NCBI RefSeq assembly: GCF_000372725.1
Contig: NW_005202427.1
Span: forward strand, 310,001 to 374,000
DNA: 64,000 nt
Direction: 5' to 3'
Source: Emiliania huxleyi CCMP1516
Lineage: Eukaryota
Both the position numbers and the translations under genes were made by a program. Shown here one piece after another: positions 34,082 through 45,769 of this stretch (positions are counted from its first letter, which is position 1; the number at the start of each line of letters is the position of its first letter). Under the pieces are notes generated by a model. That model did not search any database. It was not told the DNA's origin and saw only the letters and a program-made list of their open reading frames with translations.

Positions 34082-36702
34082 ATGCGGCTGTCGTGCCTCA
34101 TAGCCGCCGTAGCAGCCAGCATACTGCGGCCATCCTCCGCTCTAACCCCTCCTCCTTCGCCTCCTTTCGCTCCGCCTCCACCTTTGGTGATCGGCGGCGG
34201 CGGTGGCAGCAGCGGTGAAGCAGGCAGTGGCACCGAAGGCGAGCCTGAGCCCCAATCCTCTCCTTCGCCGCCTGCTGCGTCAACAGCGTGCGATGAGTCC
34301 GCCGACGAGATGGCATGCGGCACCGCCTACGACCCAGACGAGTGTCACATCCCTCTGAGACAAGGCGTGCACGTACAGGATATCTGCCCTTATATGTGTG
34401 GGAATTGCAAGCCGCCGCCAGCGATGCCACCGCCGCCCTCGCCACCGCCTCCGTCTCCACCGCCAGCACCGCCACCGCCACCGCCACCTTCTCCACCACC
34501 ACCCTCGCCTCCTCCTCCATCACCGCCACCTCGGCCATCCCCGCCGCCCACGCCACCTCCGCCCTATTATCCGCCGCCCTCGGCTCCGTCACCCTCGCCG
34601 CCGCCGCCATCGCCATCGCAGCCGCCACTGCCGCGGTTCCCTGCACTGTCGTCTCCGGCAGAAGAAGACCTGGTCGACGTGCTGTGCGAGTCGTTGCCCG
34701 TGTGCACGCTCGGCGATCTCGAGGAGGACCTCGAGAGTGGGCAAGCCATCGCCTGCCTCGCCGGCCCAATAGTACTGGACGCCGTCACACTCACGGACGC
34801 GTGCGCCCTGCTCGTGCCCGGCGCGATCAACGTGTCGGCGCAGGTGGCCGTCTCCGTGCTCGGCACGACGATGCGCTTTCCCGTGGAGGGACAGCACCCC
34901 ATAGGGAGCGACTTGCAGGACCGCATCTCGGGCCTCGACGGGCTGAGCGCCTTTGCCGCCGTCCGCAACGGCACGGTGGGTGCGCTCGCGCGATACGAGC
35001 ACGACGACATCCGCGAGGCCTTTGGCCTGCAGTGGCTCTCGCTCAGCAACCTCCAGCTCGAGGCGTGTGTGCGTCATACACGGCACGTCCCGCAACCCTG
35101 CCCACATGACCAAACGTAGCTCTGCCCACTGACGTAGGCGGGCTTCTACTCGGAGGTCGTGACCGGCGCGTGGGAGCGCACGACGCGGACCACCTTCTAC
35201 CTGCAAGCGGAGGGGGCGGCGAGCATGCACTGCCCAGCCTTGGGCGAGGCGTCGACTCTCACAGCGGGCGCACGGCTGCACGTGGGCTACGACAGCCGGA
35301 CTGCGCTCACGTGGAGCGTCGCCCCGGTTGGCTGGCCCGCGCTGGAGGCGTTTGGCCGCCTCGGCCTATGCCTCATCAGCGAGGCGGTCGGCGTTGACCC
35401 CGAGCTGATACGAGCTCTCAACGGCGTGAGGGCCGAGGAGGATTCGGGCAGAGTCTTTGCGCCGTACGAGAAGCTCGAGTGGGCGGTGGGCACGCTCGAG
35501 CACCGCCTCTCCGAGGCCCTCGACCACCCTGTCGTCGCGCCGCTGCGGCTGCGCGAGGGCGTCACTGGCATCTACCTGCAAGTGTACGGCCTGACCTCGA
35601 CCGACCTGCTGCACAGCGCCCTCAATGGACTCGACAAGTTCAGCACGCTCGAGTGGCTCGCCGAGATGTTTCCCATCGACGCGGCACTGACGGTTCCCCA
35701 CCACGGCTCGGGCGCCGTGAGCTTGTACACGCGGATACGAATCCCCCGCATCGTGATGGTCGAGCCGTCGAGCAGGCACGACGGCGTCGCCATCCGCGGG
35801 GTCACTCTTGAGAGCGAGGTCACGAGCGCCGGCCGGTGGGGGACGAGGCTGGCCTCGACCCTCGACCTCTTTGACCTGAGCCTCGACTTCACCGCGGCGT
35901 GGACGTCGGAGCACGGGCCCGTCATCACCGTGCGCCTCTACCACGTGACGCTCTTCACCCTCAACTTCTTCGGCCAGCGGCGGCTCGACCTGTACGACGC
36001 CGTCCTCCTCCTCGACATCGGCCGCAACAAGCACGCCCCTCGCCCGACCGCTCGTCTCAGTCGGAGCCTCCCCTTCACCTGCTCGGGCCCTCCCCATGCA
36101 GGTACCTCCTCACGGGGACGCTCGTCTGGACGGGGCCGAGCGGCGGCACGTCGGAGCACGACTTCACCTTTGACATTGGGAAGGCGATCGCGTACATCTC
36201 CAAGATCGTGTCGCTCGCCGCGATGGCCGGCCGGCGGCTGGAGCAGGCGGACACAGGCCTGCTCCAGCCCCGGATCCTGCAGCGGAACGACACCGGCGAG
36301 GAGGTCATGGAGGTCCCACTCAAAATCGAGCACATCGAGCAGACGCCGCCGAACACGACCGACGCGGGCGAATGCGTGGACGCGCAGGTGGTGCCCGCGC
36401 CGCTTGTCGTGCACGGCAACTACTACGAGGCGGCGGACGAGACCTCGAGCCTCGCGCTCGTCGGCTTCTCCGTCGCCTCCTTCCTGGGCGGCCTGCTCCT
36501 CGGGGCGTGCGCGATGGGCGCCACCGTGTACTGCACTTGGCGCGGCGTGGGCGGCACTCTCCACCGCAGCGCGTCAATCGGGATCCCACAGGTTGTCCCT
36601 GTGCGGTGCTCGCTCCCGCCCGGCGGCAAGGCCAGCGGACGTCGGCCTTCGCCTGACACCGCTCAACCTCCCCTCGGCGCCACGTGGTCATCGGACATCT
36701 GA
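34082..36702 (+). CDS. Type I membrane protein: signal peptide, ShK-like Cys module, SPPP-rich stalk, large unknown domain and TM; 3 exons
   Basis: MRLSCLIAAVAAS; ACDES..CG..DEC...ICPYMCGNC; Pro-rich 34410-34640; GC-AG introns near 35063-35137 and 36031-36101; TM LALVGFSVASFLGGLLLGACAMGATV. Confidence 0.7.
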
Positions 36703-37099
36703 GCGCGAGGTGCTCCAACCGCGCCGGAGACTATGTGCGGCGCTGGCACGTGGTGGCAGGCGCGCGGAGACACTAGAGCCAGTTGCCGCCGCGTTGTATT
36801 GTGCAGGGTTCTTTGTGGGTGTGGTCGGCGACTAGCCGGGGTCGTCCTCCCGATGGTGCCGCGCGACCGGCGAGACACCGCCACCAGACCACCACGCGTC
36901 TCTCAGACACTCTCTTGAAGAGCGTCTTCTGTCACTTATTGCTCCCGTTGTGTACACGCATGGTGCATGGGTACGTATCCTTCCTCGTCGCTCGTCGTCG
37001 CGGGTTCGAGAGCCTTCCTCATCACCTCTTCGCACTTCGCGGTTTCTCTTTAGCCGCAGCCCCATCTCTTGCCGCTCTTGTGTCGGGTTGTGATGTGAG

Positions 37100-37950
37100 G
37101 GCGGGGGGATGCGGATTGTGAAGAGATCCCTCACAACAAGAGAGATCGTGCAGGGCGGGGACACACATGTACATGTCCATGTCCCTACCCTTTCCAGCCA
37201 AGGGATCCGTGTATCCGGGCTGCGGTGACTCCCCCAGGCCAGGGGCCAGCAAGAGGCACGACGGCTCCCATATCTCCCCCTCGTGGTCGCCCTCGCCCCC
37301 CGCCTCCTCCAGGAGCCGGGCCGCGGAGTCTTGCTCTAGGTTGCTGATGAACTCGATGGCCTCCACCCCATACAGATATTTTAGTCGGCGAAGATGTGGG
37401 TGGCCTCGCCGGCTGGACATCGCTAGGGGGGGACAGTGACTGTGCGGGTAGCCTCGCCGTCCAGGCACCTCTAGGGGGGGACAGCCTAGTCGCTGCGAGC
37501 CCGAGTTGGAGTGAGCACTCGCCGTCGTCCAGTGATAGCCCCTTCCACTGGTGAGAGCGTCCTGGGGCGGCGGTCAATCTCGATCGGCGGTCCACGGGGT
37601 GGCTGGGCGAACCGAAGAGCCCTTCGTTGGGCTGCAGCCGCCTCGCTCTCCCCCCCCGACGGCCGCCAGCGTACCCACCTCCCGGTCGCCTCCTCAGTCG
37701 GGAGCACGTCCCGGCTCATACCCCTCTTGCGGCTAACCGCCGTCGGGCCGAAGCGATCGAGTCGCCGCTGGAGGATGGAGTCCTCTTCTGTGGTGGGCAC
37801 CCACGGCCATGAGACCGACCCCTCGGCCGGGTCCACTCGCCCCGAGGGGGCTCTCCTCGCCTCCTCCCACCCCTGCCGGCGTCTCCGCTTGCCAGGCGGC
37901 GGAACCACCCCACTCGTCCCAGCCTCCCTCGCGCGACCCTGCGGAATCCC
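37100..37950 (-). mobile_element. Probable degraded retroelement remnant
   Basis: Broken purine-rich ORFs on the minus strand without host-like codon bias, next to the LINE-UTR motif at 36799-36856. Confidence 0.3.
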
Positions 37951-37959
37951 CAGTCGCTC

Positions 37960-39581
37960 GATCCCACCCGCCGCCTCCCTCCACCTCGCCCTCGCCGCCG
38001 CCCCCCTCCGCCTCGCCCGCCGCCTCCCTCCGCGTCGCCGTCGCCGCCGCCCCCCTCCGCCTCGCCGTCGCCGCCGCCTCCCTCCGCGTCGCCGTCGCCG
38101 CCGCCTCCCTCTGCCTCGCCGTCGCCGCCACCCGGCTCGCCGCCGCCGCCCTCGCCGCCGCCGCCCAGCCCGCCTCCGCCAAGCCCGCCGCCGCCGTCGC
38201 CGCCGCCCTCTCCGCCCCCGTCGCTGCCGCCCTCTCCGCCCCCGTCACCGCCGCCCTCTCCGCCCCCGTCGCCGCCGCCCTCGCCGCCGCCCTCGCCGCC
38301 GCCATCACCTCCGCCGCCCTCCGCCCCGCCCTCCGCCCCGCCCTCCGCCTCGCCGTCGCCGCCGCCTCCCTCGGCCTCGCCGTCGCCGCCGCCTCCCTCC
38401 GCCTCGCCGTCGTCGCCGCCGCCTCCCTCTGCCTCGCCGTCGCCGCCACCCGGCTCGCCGCCGCCACCCTCGCCGCCGCCGCCCAGCCCGCCTCCGCCAA
38501 GCCCGCCGCCGCCGTCGCCGCCGCCCTCTCCGCCCCCGTCGCTGCCGCCCTCTCCGCCCCCGTCACCGCCGCCCTCTCCGCCCCCGTCGCCGCCGCCCTC
38601 GCTGCCGCCCTCGCCGCCGCCATCACCTCCGCCGCCGCCCTCCGCCCCGCCCTCCGCCCCGCCCACGCCGCCGCCGCCAACGTCGCCTTTACCTGACGTG
38701 GACCCGCCGTGCTTCCCGAGCTCTGCGACGGTTCAGCGCGCCGACGGCGAGACCGCCCTCCTCTCCTCCCTCTCCGCCGGCGACTCGATCCTCGCCGCGG
38801 CGGCCGACGGCACCCTCGCTTTCGATGGCGTGAGAGCGTTTTCATCTGTTTCACAGTCGCTTACTTCTACTAGGCACCCTCGGCTTCGACGTCGTCTCCT
38901 CCTTCTCGCTGGCCCACCCGTCCGCCAAGGCGGCTTTCCTCTCGCTCGCCACCGCGACGGCGACGGTCACGCTCACCCCGACGCACAAGCTGCCCGCCGG
39001 CCCGGCAAAGGCGCTCAAGCAGGCGTCCGAGGTTGCCGTCGGAGAGACGATCTGGCTCGCGTCGCCGGCCGCGGGCACGCTCGTGCAGGCGCGTCTATAC
39101 CCCCAGCACCACACACACATCCCTGCCTCTCCCTATGCGACCCCCCCCCCCCCCCTCCTGCCAGGGGCCCGTCCTCAAGATAACCAAGGTCGTGGCCGAC
39201 GGGCTGCACAGCCCGCTCACCAAGCACGGAGGCTGGCCGGTCGTCGACGGCGTCGCGACCTCGTACAACAGCGCGGCTGTCGTCGCGCGCAACAAGTACC
39301 TCGTCCCGCTCGTCGAGGCGGTCTGCCCCTGCCTCGGCCGCCTCGTCGTGGCGGCCGTGAACCCCAAGCCGATGCACTACATCGATGGCGAGGTGAGCCC
39401 TCTCCCGCCGTCCCAAGTTATATCTCACTTGTCCCCACTCCTCCCCACCCCATCGCCCACGTTCGCCTCTCGCTCTCGACCAAAGGTGGTCGAGCCAATC
39501 TCATCGCTCGAGGTCGCCGCTGCCGTGGCCGTCACGGCCGCCGCCACTCTTGGCGTGCGCAAGATCACGGCGCGCAAGTAA
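37960..39581 (+). CDS. Pro/Ser-rich protein with Hedgehog-type Hint domain; 5' end missing or frameshifted
   Basis: SPPP repeats then PPCFPSSATVQRADG..LSAGDSIL, VTLTPTHKL, ASEVAVGETIW, GLHSPLT..VVDGVATSY. Introns 38810-38873, about 39089-39164 and 39393-39486. No start codon found; register shift near 38016. Confidence 0.8.
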
Positions 39582-40042
39582 TGCGCGAAGCGGCGCTCCA
39601 GCTCGGATCGCGCGGCCGACCAAGCTCTCTACTACGTCCTTCATTGGATCCGCATAGCGCGCAAGAACGACCTAACTAACAGCTTGTTTGACGCCTGCCA
39701 GCCCCGGCGGGAGGCGCGCAGCTGGTGCGGGCGGCTCGGAGCCGCCATGGGGCGCCAGCAAAAAGTCTGCGTAGCTCGGCGCGTGGGAGTGTGAACTGTG
39801 GTAAGGTAGGCAGCACATTCATTAATACCTCCTATGGCGCTGGGCGCTGGTCTATGAGATTCACAGAACTTGTTATTGAGAAGAAAATACCTCCAATTTT
39901 CTGTGTCGCTCTCGGCGAGCGATATAACGCGGGCCCGAATAAATAAAAACGGACACCTCTCTAAAAAACACGCCTGCGTGGATCGCGTCACACCAATCCT
40001 CGCTACCCCGCGGCCAAAGGATATTCACCTCGAGAACCTCGA

Positions 40043-40350
40043 GAGCACTTGGAGCACTTGGAGTGCAATCAGTAACCTCACATCCAGGGCCGAGGAGCTC
40101 AGAAGCGCACCCAGCGGGCCGGATGATCGGTATCGGGTTGCGGGCAAGAGAGCCCTAGCCCCGGGGGTGCGCGTTCGCAGGGCAAGGGCTGTAAAGTAAA
40201 CACGGGTCTCCGAGGGTTGGCTCCGCGCTCCGGGTTTCCCCTAGCAGCAGACCGCCCCCTCTACTCGGAGCTATAATGGACACGACACGCACTCTCACAC
40301 GACGTCACCGCTCAGGACCCCTTCGCACGAGGTCCTCATCCTCACTCCGA
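40043..40350 (+). mobile_element. ~300-bp Ngaro/DIRS-like non-autonomous element
   Basis: Begins GAGCACTTGGAGCACTTGGAGTGCA. Copies at 18197, 41925-42098 (inverted) and 14030 (partial). Confidence 0.75.
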
Positions 40351-40431
40351 GAGAGAGAGAGCGTTCGCCGGCGGCGTCTTGACGAGAGATCAAACGGCGA
40401 TCCAAACCGCCGATTTTCGAGCTTCGGGGAT

Positions 40432-41499
40432 ATGGGACAGCTCGCCGTTCCCGAAGAGGCGGCCAGCTCGCTCAGCACGCTCGCGAGCCAACGCGTGGCT
40501 GTGTGCATGGTCGGCGCGGTGCGCACGCTCCTCCTCGGCGCGGTCCACCATTCGGTCAAGAAGAACCTCCTCCACGCTCAGCTTGTGCCGGCCGATCTCT
40601 TCCTGCACCTCCACCTGGGGTGGGATTACACGGCCCATGCCGGCAACCACGGTGCGCGTGGCGAGCAGGTTTCGCGGTCCGACGAGCGCTTGAGGAAGGC
40701 GATCGAGCACCTCAATCCCGTGAACGTGTCGCTGGTTGAGCAGAGCGACTGCAGCAGCGCGGAGATGAGGTCGCTGAAAGTGTGCGCGGAGATCGCGGCG
40801 AGAAAGCGGTCCGACAAGGGCGGCGCGCTTGCCGGGTACCTGCAATACATGTGGATCGCGCGCAGCCTACAGACCGTCATGGCCTACGAGCGTGCGCACG
40901 GCCTCACCTATGCATGGGTGATCCGCACGCGACCCGACCTCGCCTTTTTCGACCGCGTGCCACCGGCGGTCACCATGTCGCCGCGCCGCATGGTCCTGAT
41001 GGAGAAGGAGTCGAGCCCAGCCTACTTCGACGCCTTCTTCATGATCCCGCGCCCGCTGCTGGACGACTTTGTCGACGGCCTCCTCGCCTTTTGGGACTCG
41101 GAGACCACGCTGCCGTGGCCTCCCGAGTTTCGCTTTTTCCCATGGATGCGTTCACGACGGCGCTTCCCGTGGGGCTACGCACTCATCCCCGCGGCGCTGG
41201 TGCGATCCGCCGGCGGCAACACGGGCTCGCCCGACTGCTGGCGCCTCTCGCTCAAGGAGACGCCGCAGTTCATTTACGAGCTGCAGGGCACGGCTTGGGG
41301 GCGCGGATCAACGGGTGAGCTCCTGCCGTTCAGGCGCGCGTGCGAGGTCTTCTTCGCGTCACTCTGGGGGAGCGTCGTCTCGCACCCGACAGCGCCGGCT
41401 CCAGTGCCGCGGAGGCCGTACTCGGGCCACAACCCTACGGTGCGGAAGTCAGCAGCGAGCGCCGTTAGCCGCGCGTCTCACCGCACCACCGTCGGGTGA
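40432..41499 (+). CDS. Putative glycosyltransferase-like protein, intronless
   Basis: RVAVCMVGAVRT at the N-terminus and YAWVIRTRPDL motif, typical of algal/viral GT-A-like families. Confidence 0.65.
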   Translation: MGQLAVPEEAASSLSTLASQRVAVCMVGAVRTLLLGAVHHSVKKNLLHAQLVPADLFLHLHLGWDYTAHAGNHGARGEQVSRSDERLRKAIEHLNPVNVSLVEQSDCSSAEMRSLKVCAEIAARKRSDKGGALAGYLQYMWIARSLQTVMAYERAHGLTYAWVIRTRPDLAFFDRVPPAVTMSPRRMVLMEKESSPAYFDAFFMIPRPLLDDFVDGLLAFWDSETTLPWPPEFRFFPWMRSRRRFPWGYALIPAALVRSAGGNTGSPDCWRLSLKETPQFIYELQGTAWGRGSTGELLPFRRACEVFFASLWGSVVSHPTAPAPVPRRPYSGHNPTVRKSAASAVSRASHRTTVG

Positions 41500-41924
41500 T
41501 CGGCGATGTCACGTGGCCGCCCGGTGTGACGCGCTTTTGATTGCAATCTGTGTCCTGCGGGCAGAGCCTGCGAGCTGGCAGCACCCTGTCGTCTTACGCC
41601 CCCATCATACGTGTACGGACAGTGCGAAAGAGGAGGCAGGGTTTACGTTTAGTGGGGATTAGGGGCGCACCCTCTAGCCGGCGCGCTCTCTACACGCGAC
41701 CAGATTCTTGAGGAGTTCGCTGTCGGCGAGCTCGCATCGGTCGGTACCCTCCATCCGTCCATCCATGAACGGCGGAGCTATTCTCGCGTCCACACCACAC
41801 CTGGCCTCTGTGCTCTGAAAATTCTTTTATATTTTATATATGTAGGTGCCGGCGCCCAGGGACGTGCTTTCCCGCCGCCTCGGCCACTCTCTTTAGGTTC
41901 GCCATCGGCACGAAGACGTGATGA

Positions 41925-42098
41925 CCTCGGGGACCCGTGTTTACTTTAAGGCCCTTGCCCTGCGACCGCGCACCCCCCAGGGCTAGGGCTCTCTAGCCCG
42001 TAACCCGATACCGATCATCCGGCCCGCTGGGTGCGCTCCTTAGCTCCCCGGCCCTGGATGTGAGGTTACTGACTGCACTCCAAGTGCTCCAAGTGCTC
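41925..42098 (-). mobile_element. Inverted partial copy of the ~300-bp element
   Basis: The reverse complement matches 40043-40215. Confidence 0.8.
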
Positions 42099-42099
42099 C

Positions 42100-42788
42100 T
42101 TCCCGGGCATGGCCTTTATACGGTTCGTGAAGGGTCGGTGCGTGTCGTGCCCCCCCCCGACCTCGGGTATTCCAATCCGTTCTCCAATGGAACCGCCACT
42201 TGGCATTTATACGCTTTTCTCGCCGAGTAGTGTCTATATTCTTTTTTTGCGCTTGTCCAAAATATGGTCTAGCAGTTTCTCACCAATTCTCGCAGCGACC
42301 TTCATGCCACCTCGCGTTCTTCCCACTCTTGTCGTTCTCTCTCCTGCTGTCTCTTCGCCTGACTCATCGCTCTCCTCGGATTCTCTCCTCGGCCTCGTTC
42401 TGAGACGCCGCTGTCGTCTGCCGATCTCTTGCTCTCGCTGCTTCTCTCGCCTTTCTGCGTAACTCCGCTCTCCTCTCCGCGTATTTTGGTCCCTCGAGTT
42501 TATCGAGCATTCCTCGCGCAAGGACCACATTTCTGACTCCCACTGCGATCATATCCCGCCCTGTCATGTCTTTGCTCAGGTCCACTCTCGTTTCGAGCAC
42601 TTGTACCTCAACTGTCAGTGTTGGCACTGGGGTTCCCTTCGGGTATATCGTGAAGCTGACGGCGGGATTTCCACTGGTGTTTCGTCCTCCTCGGGGTCGT
42701 CTTCCCCGGCTTCCTTGCGTTCGGCGTGGCTTACCCTCCATGAGTGAACAGGCGCTTTATCCACTCTATACCTAACCTAACCTAACCT
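42100..42788 (-). mobile_element. Probable non-LTR retrotransposon 5'/ORF1 fragment starting at (TTAGG)n
   Basis: Arg/Glu-rich frameshifted ORFs 42364-42741 and 42234-42530; (CCTAA)x3 at 42771-42787. Confidence 0.35.
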
Positions 42789-43589
42789 CTGACTGTCGTT
42801 GCTGTTTCTTGACTGTCTGTGCTTGTTGTGCGTCTTTGGGTCCGGGGTTGTGTTTTTGTGTGAGTTACCAACTGCACTCCAAGTGAGAAGTGTGCGTCGG
42901 GCCGAAGCCCGTCAGGCACTCTCTCCCTAACCCTAGCATTCTCCCGAACCCTAGTGTGTGTTAGTTGCCTCTGAGGCTCTGTGCTTTCACACCTCGCCCC
43001 GTCGTGTCCGTCCCCAGTGTGATTGCGGCCATCCACGACTACGTCGTCTCTAGAGAACGTATACAACCCCCTTCTGGTGTCGACCGCGCCCCTCGCGGGG
43101 GCACGGCCGGACGTGGCAGCGTCAACTGGTCACGACCAGCACTTTGGGGGAGACATGCCCGACTCACTGGCGGAGGGCCTCGGGGAGGTCCCCGCCAAGG
43201 ATGTCGCAACCTACGCAAAAGCCGCTTCTGATGAGGCCGCAAGGTGGGCCAAGCGGAACGGCGTCGATGCGGGCGCCGGCACGCTCGCCTTTGCCCACAC
43301 CCTCCTCACATCTCGCCGGAGCGCGAAGGCCAACCGCAAATTTGCACAAACTCCGAGACAAAGCCCCTTCGAACGCGCGAAAGCGCCGGCTTTCGAAACT
43401 CGGCGCCCGCCCTCTTTCTGGCCGCGTCCCTCCCCTGTCCTCTCGACTGCATTCCTCTTTTACATACATCGTCTTTCCGTGTGCCGTGTCGATCGACAGT
43501 GTCGTGCGTCTCTGCTCTCCCTTTTGGCATTCGCGCTCTCTGACAACTGATTACCTTGGTGATGGTAAGCACATCCAGCGCGTCCATAA

Positions 43590-44375
43590 TTTCCTAAATC
43601 GCCGCCGCCCCCCTCGACGCCGCTCCCCTCGCCGCCGGTGGCGACCGCGCTGCCGATGTCGGTCGCGCTGGCCGGCAGCGCGTCCGCAGCCTCGTCGCTG
43701 CCCTCGCCGTCGCTGTCCTCGCCGCTGGTGGGGGCCGCGCCGCCGGCGCCGAGCGTCACCCGCCTCCACGTCTCTTCCTCTAAGTTGAGCCAGAAATCCT
43801 GGTCGGGGTAGCCGTCGTACTCGACCGCGTGCACGAGCCGGCCGTCCGAACCCTCCTCCCACCCCGTGATGGTGCCCGGCCACCACCTCTGCTCGCCCAG
43901 GATCTCCACGTGTGTGCCTGTCTCGACGACAGCGTGCCCGGCGATCCTCGCCGCCGCGTCCACGCGCAGCCGCTTGCGCCGCGCCGTCTTAGACTCCGCG
44001 GGCTGCGGCAGCACGTAGTTCGGGCCGTACTCCGCCACGCCCGCGAGGACCTCGGCCGCGCTCACCGTCTCGACCGCGGCCTCGACCGGCGGAGGGGGGA
44101 GCTCGACCCGTCGTTCGACCCGTCGTTCCGTGAACTCCCGCGCCAGCCGCTCGCCAGCCGCTCCCTGATGGTGATGCGATGCGCCGCCCGTCGGTCGACG
44201 CCCTCGCGCTCGCCCCTGCGCTCAACCAACGACGCCGTCGCTGTCCTCGCCGACGTGACCGTGATCCGAGGCCGCCCATCCGCCATTGATGCAGCCGAGA
44301 TGCAATCCGAAACTGTGCTGTCCCCCCCGCTGCCCCCGGACACGTCCCTCCCTGTCCCGACTCGTTCCTACTTAT
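43590..44375 (-). mobile_element. Repeated element encoding a Tudor-like domain, copy A
   Basis: ORF 43460-44065 with ETGTHVEIL..RWWPGTITGW...HAVEYDGYPD..WLNLEEETW. Diverged copy at about 51390-52290. Confidence 0.65.
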
Positions 44376-44550
44376 AACAAATCTTTATTTTCGCCGACTC
44401 AGTCACACGACACACCCGCAAGGGGCAAGGGAAAAACCGCGCGGTCAAATCGCGTCGCGGACGCAAACGCAGGGACCCGCCGCGGCGTTCTCTCGAAATC
44501 GCAAGTCCTCGTCTCGACGCGAGCCATCGAGGGGCTCCACCCGGAGCGTC

Positions 44551-45429
44551 TCACACGATCGGCGGCAGCTTCGAGTCACTCTTTCGCGCGCGGCGCGCCT
44601 TGTCGCGCTCGAGCATCTCTCGCGACATCAGGACGCCGTCGTCCGCCGCCTCGATCTCCGCGTTCTCCTCCTCCGCCGCCGCGCGCCCCCGCGCCATGCC
44701 GTCGCGCATCATGGCGACGTTCCTGCCCACCTGCTCCGTGCCGAGCAGCGAGCCCTCCGTCTCCTCGTCCCAAGAGGTGGAGAGGACGCCCCACGTGATG
44801 CCGGCAAAGGAGAGAGCAAAGCACGCCTGCGTCGCGTACGCGATCACCTGCCGAGGCGGGGGGAGGGGCGAGGGCGTGGCGCGGGAGAAGTGGCGCGGGG
44901 AGGGAGGCGCGGGGAGGAGGAAAGCGGGACGGGCGGGCGCCTGCGGCGGTACGTCGAGGTCGAGCTGCGTGTTTGCATAGTAAGCGCCGACAAAGACGAG
45001 GAAGGAGCCAAACACGGGCAGTCCCGCGAAGGGGACCACGCGCGAGAGCATCCGGTTCGAGACCACCTCGGGCATCACGCCCGCACTCGGATCGACCGGC
45101 GACATCTCCTCTGCCGTGTACGCCGTCTGCCGGAGCGCCGCCCGGCCGCGGCGCGCCTCGTCCGGATCAGCGCCAGCCGCCTGCCGCATCGCCTCGAGCG
45201 CGCTCCGGCCGCGCGCCGCGGCGGCCTCCGCCTCAGAGATCGCCGACTGCCCGCCCGCCGCATCCAGGAGGCTGCCGCCGCCCTGCGCGCCCTCCGCCGA
45301 CGCCTGCTGCTTGCTCGCAAAGCCCTTCCCGCCACCGCCGCGCTTGGCGGCCATGCGGACGTCGACCGCGGGCCGCGCCGGCGCTCGGGCGTAATAGCCG
45401 GTGGCGGTAGCCAAGATCGCAACCAGCAT
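44551..45429 (-). CDS. PAM68: PAM68 (DUF3464) photosystem II assembly factor, plastid-targeted; one intron
   Basis: KGF motif, VMPEVVSNRMLSRVVPFAGLP, GITWGVLSTSWDEETEGSLLG. In-frame GC-AG intron at about 44848-44940. Confidence 0.9.
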   Translation of the reverse strand: MLVAILATATGYYARAPARPAVDVRMAAKRGGGGKGFASKQQASAEGAQGGGSLLDAAGGQSAISEAEAAAARGRSALEAMRQAAGADPDEARRGRAALRQTAYTAEEMSPVDPSAGVMPEVVSNRMLSRVVPFAGLPVFGSFLVFVGAYYANTQLDLDVPPQAPARPAFLLPAPPSPRHFSRATPSPLPPPRQVIAYATQACFALSFAGITWGVLSTSWDEETEGSLLGTEQVGRNVAMMRDGMARGRAAAEEENAEIEAADDGVLMSREMLERDKARRARKSDSKLPPIV

Positions 45430-45769
45430 TTTCACTTGGGGCCAGGTGGCGTTTATTTTTGCTTGGGCGGCCCTGATGCCGGGGTAGGTAGGTAGGGTCT
45501 GGGCCCTCCCGTCGGGTTTTTCCCTCTTCCACGCTGGAATTTTCACAGCATAAAAAGAAATTTTCCCGCGGAAATCACGATGTCAACCCTCCCCAAATGG
45601 GTGATCTGATGCTTGTAGGGCTTGAGAGTGGCCTGCCATGTCACAAGAAGGACTGTGGTTGCAGGAGAGTACCACCAACCATCACTCTAGTTGGTATAGT
45701 ACCCCACCTTCACCCCTCCCATGATTTCTTTTTTAGTTTCCCATAAGTAAGGTAGGTAGGTAGGTAGGT

